Source of the DNA: a virus
Taxonomy: Duplodnaviria; Caudoviricetes
IMG/VR virus record: IMGVR_UViG_3300037634_003749
Coordinates: 1 to 35,747 of that record
DNA length: 35,747 bases
Reading direction: 5' to 3' (one strand)
Below are positions 35,720 through 35,747 of this stretch, piece by piece. Position 1 is the first letter of the stretch. The number at the start of each line of letters is the position of its first letter. The notes under the pieces are model-generated. The model was given only the letters and a program-made list of their open reading frames with translations, ran no database searches and had not been told where the DNA came from. Made by a program: the position numbers and the translations under genes.

Positions 35720-35728
35720 ATAAATAGT
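35720..35728 (-). promoter_or_regulatory. Late-promoter-like motif ACTATTTAT
   Basis: Upstream of the scaffold gene SD GGAG. Confidence 0.65.
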
Positions 35729-35747
35729 TCGCAAGATGGGGAAATGA

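Noticed and set aside
1-35747. Stop-codon reassignment, introns or inteins
   Set aside because: TAG and TGA end genes at expected C-termini; nrdJ, helicase, recA and MCP are uninterrupted, with no intein or homing-endonuclease motifs seen.

Overview
A 35.7-kb segment of a large lytic myovirus with T4-like structural genes. Every credible gene is on the minus strand, and the standard genetic code is used (TAG, TGA and TAA all terminate genes). In transcription order (right to left) there is first a virion module: prohead scaffold, gp23-like major capsid, gp13-like neck, gp15-like tail terminator, gp18 sheath, gp19 tube, a tail chaperone with a probable +1/-2 frameshift extension, tape measure and baseplate proteins. 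A replication/metabolism module follows: a miniature family-A DNA polymerase, MazG-like NTP pyrophosphohydrolase, divergent tubulin/FtsZ, gp32-like SSB, Hc1-like protein, Smr protein, small acidic lipoprotein, RecA/UvsX, 5'-3' exonuclease, DnaB-like helicase, class II RNR, lipoprotein alpha/beta-hydrolase, GroES, a Rossmann-like plus nucleotidyltransferase-like pair, and the 5' end of dnaE. The ORF track misses dnaE (1-444), a 53-aa lipoprotein (11172-11333) and the frameshift extension (25599-25790). Two promoter classes are readable. Eight sigma70-type promoters lie in the replication arm, mostly inside the 3' parts of genes, and two of them are leaderless. Nine copies of a CTA(T/C)TTA(T)-type late motif precede virion-type genes. 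A conserved stem-loop element flanks the Hc1 gene on both sides. All protein calls come from motif recognition by eye; no database search was run.
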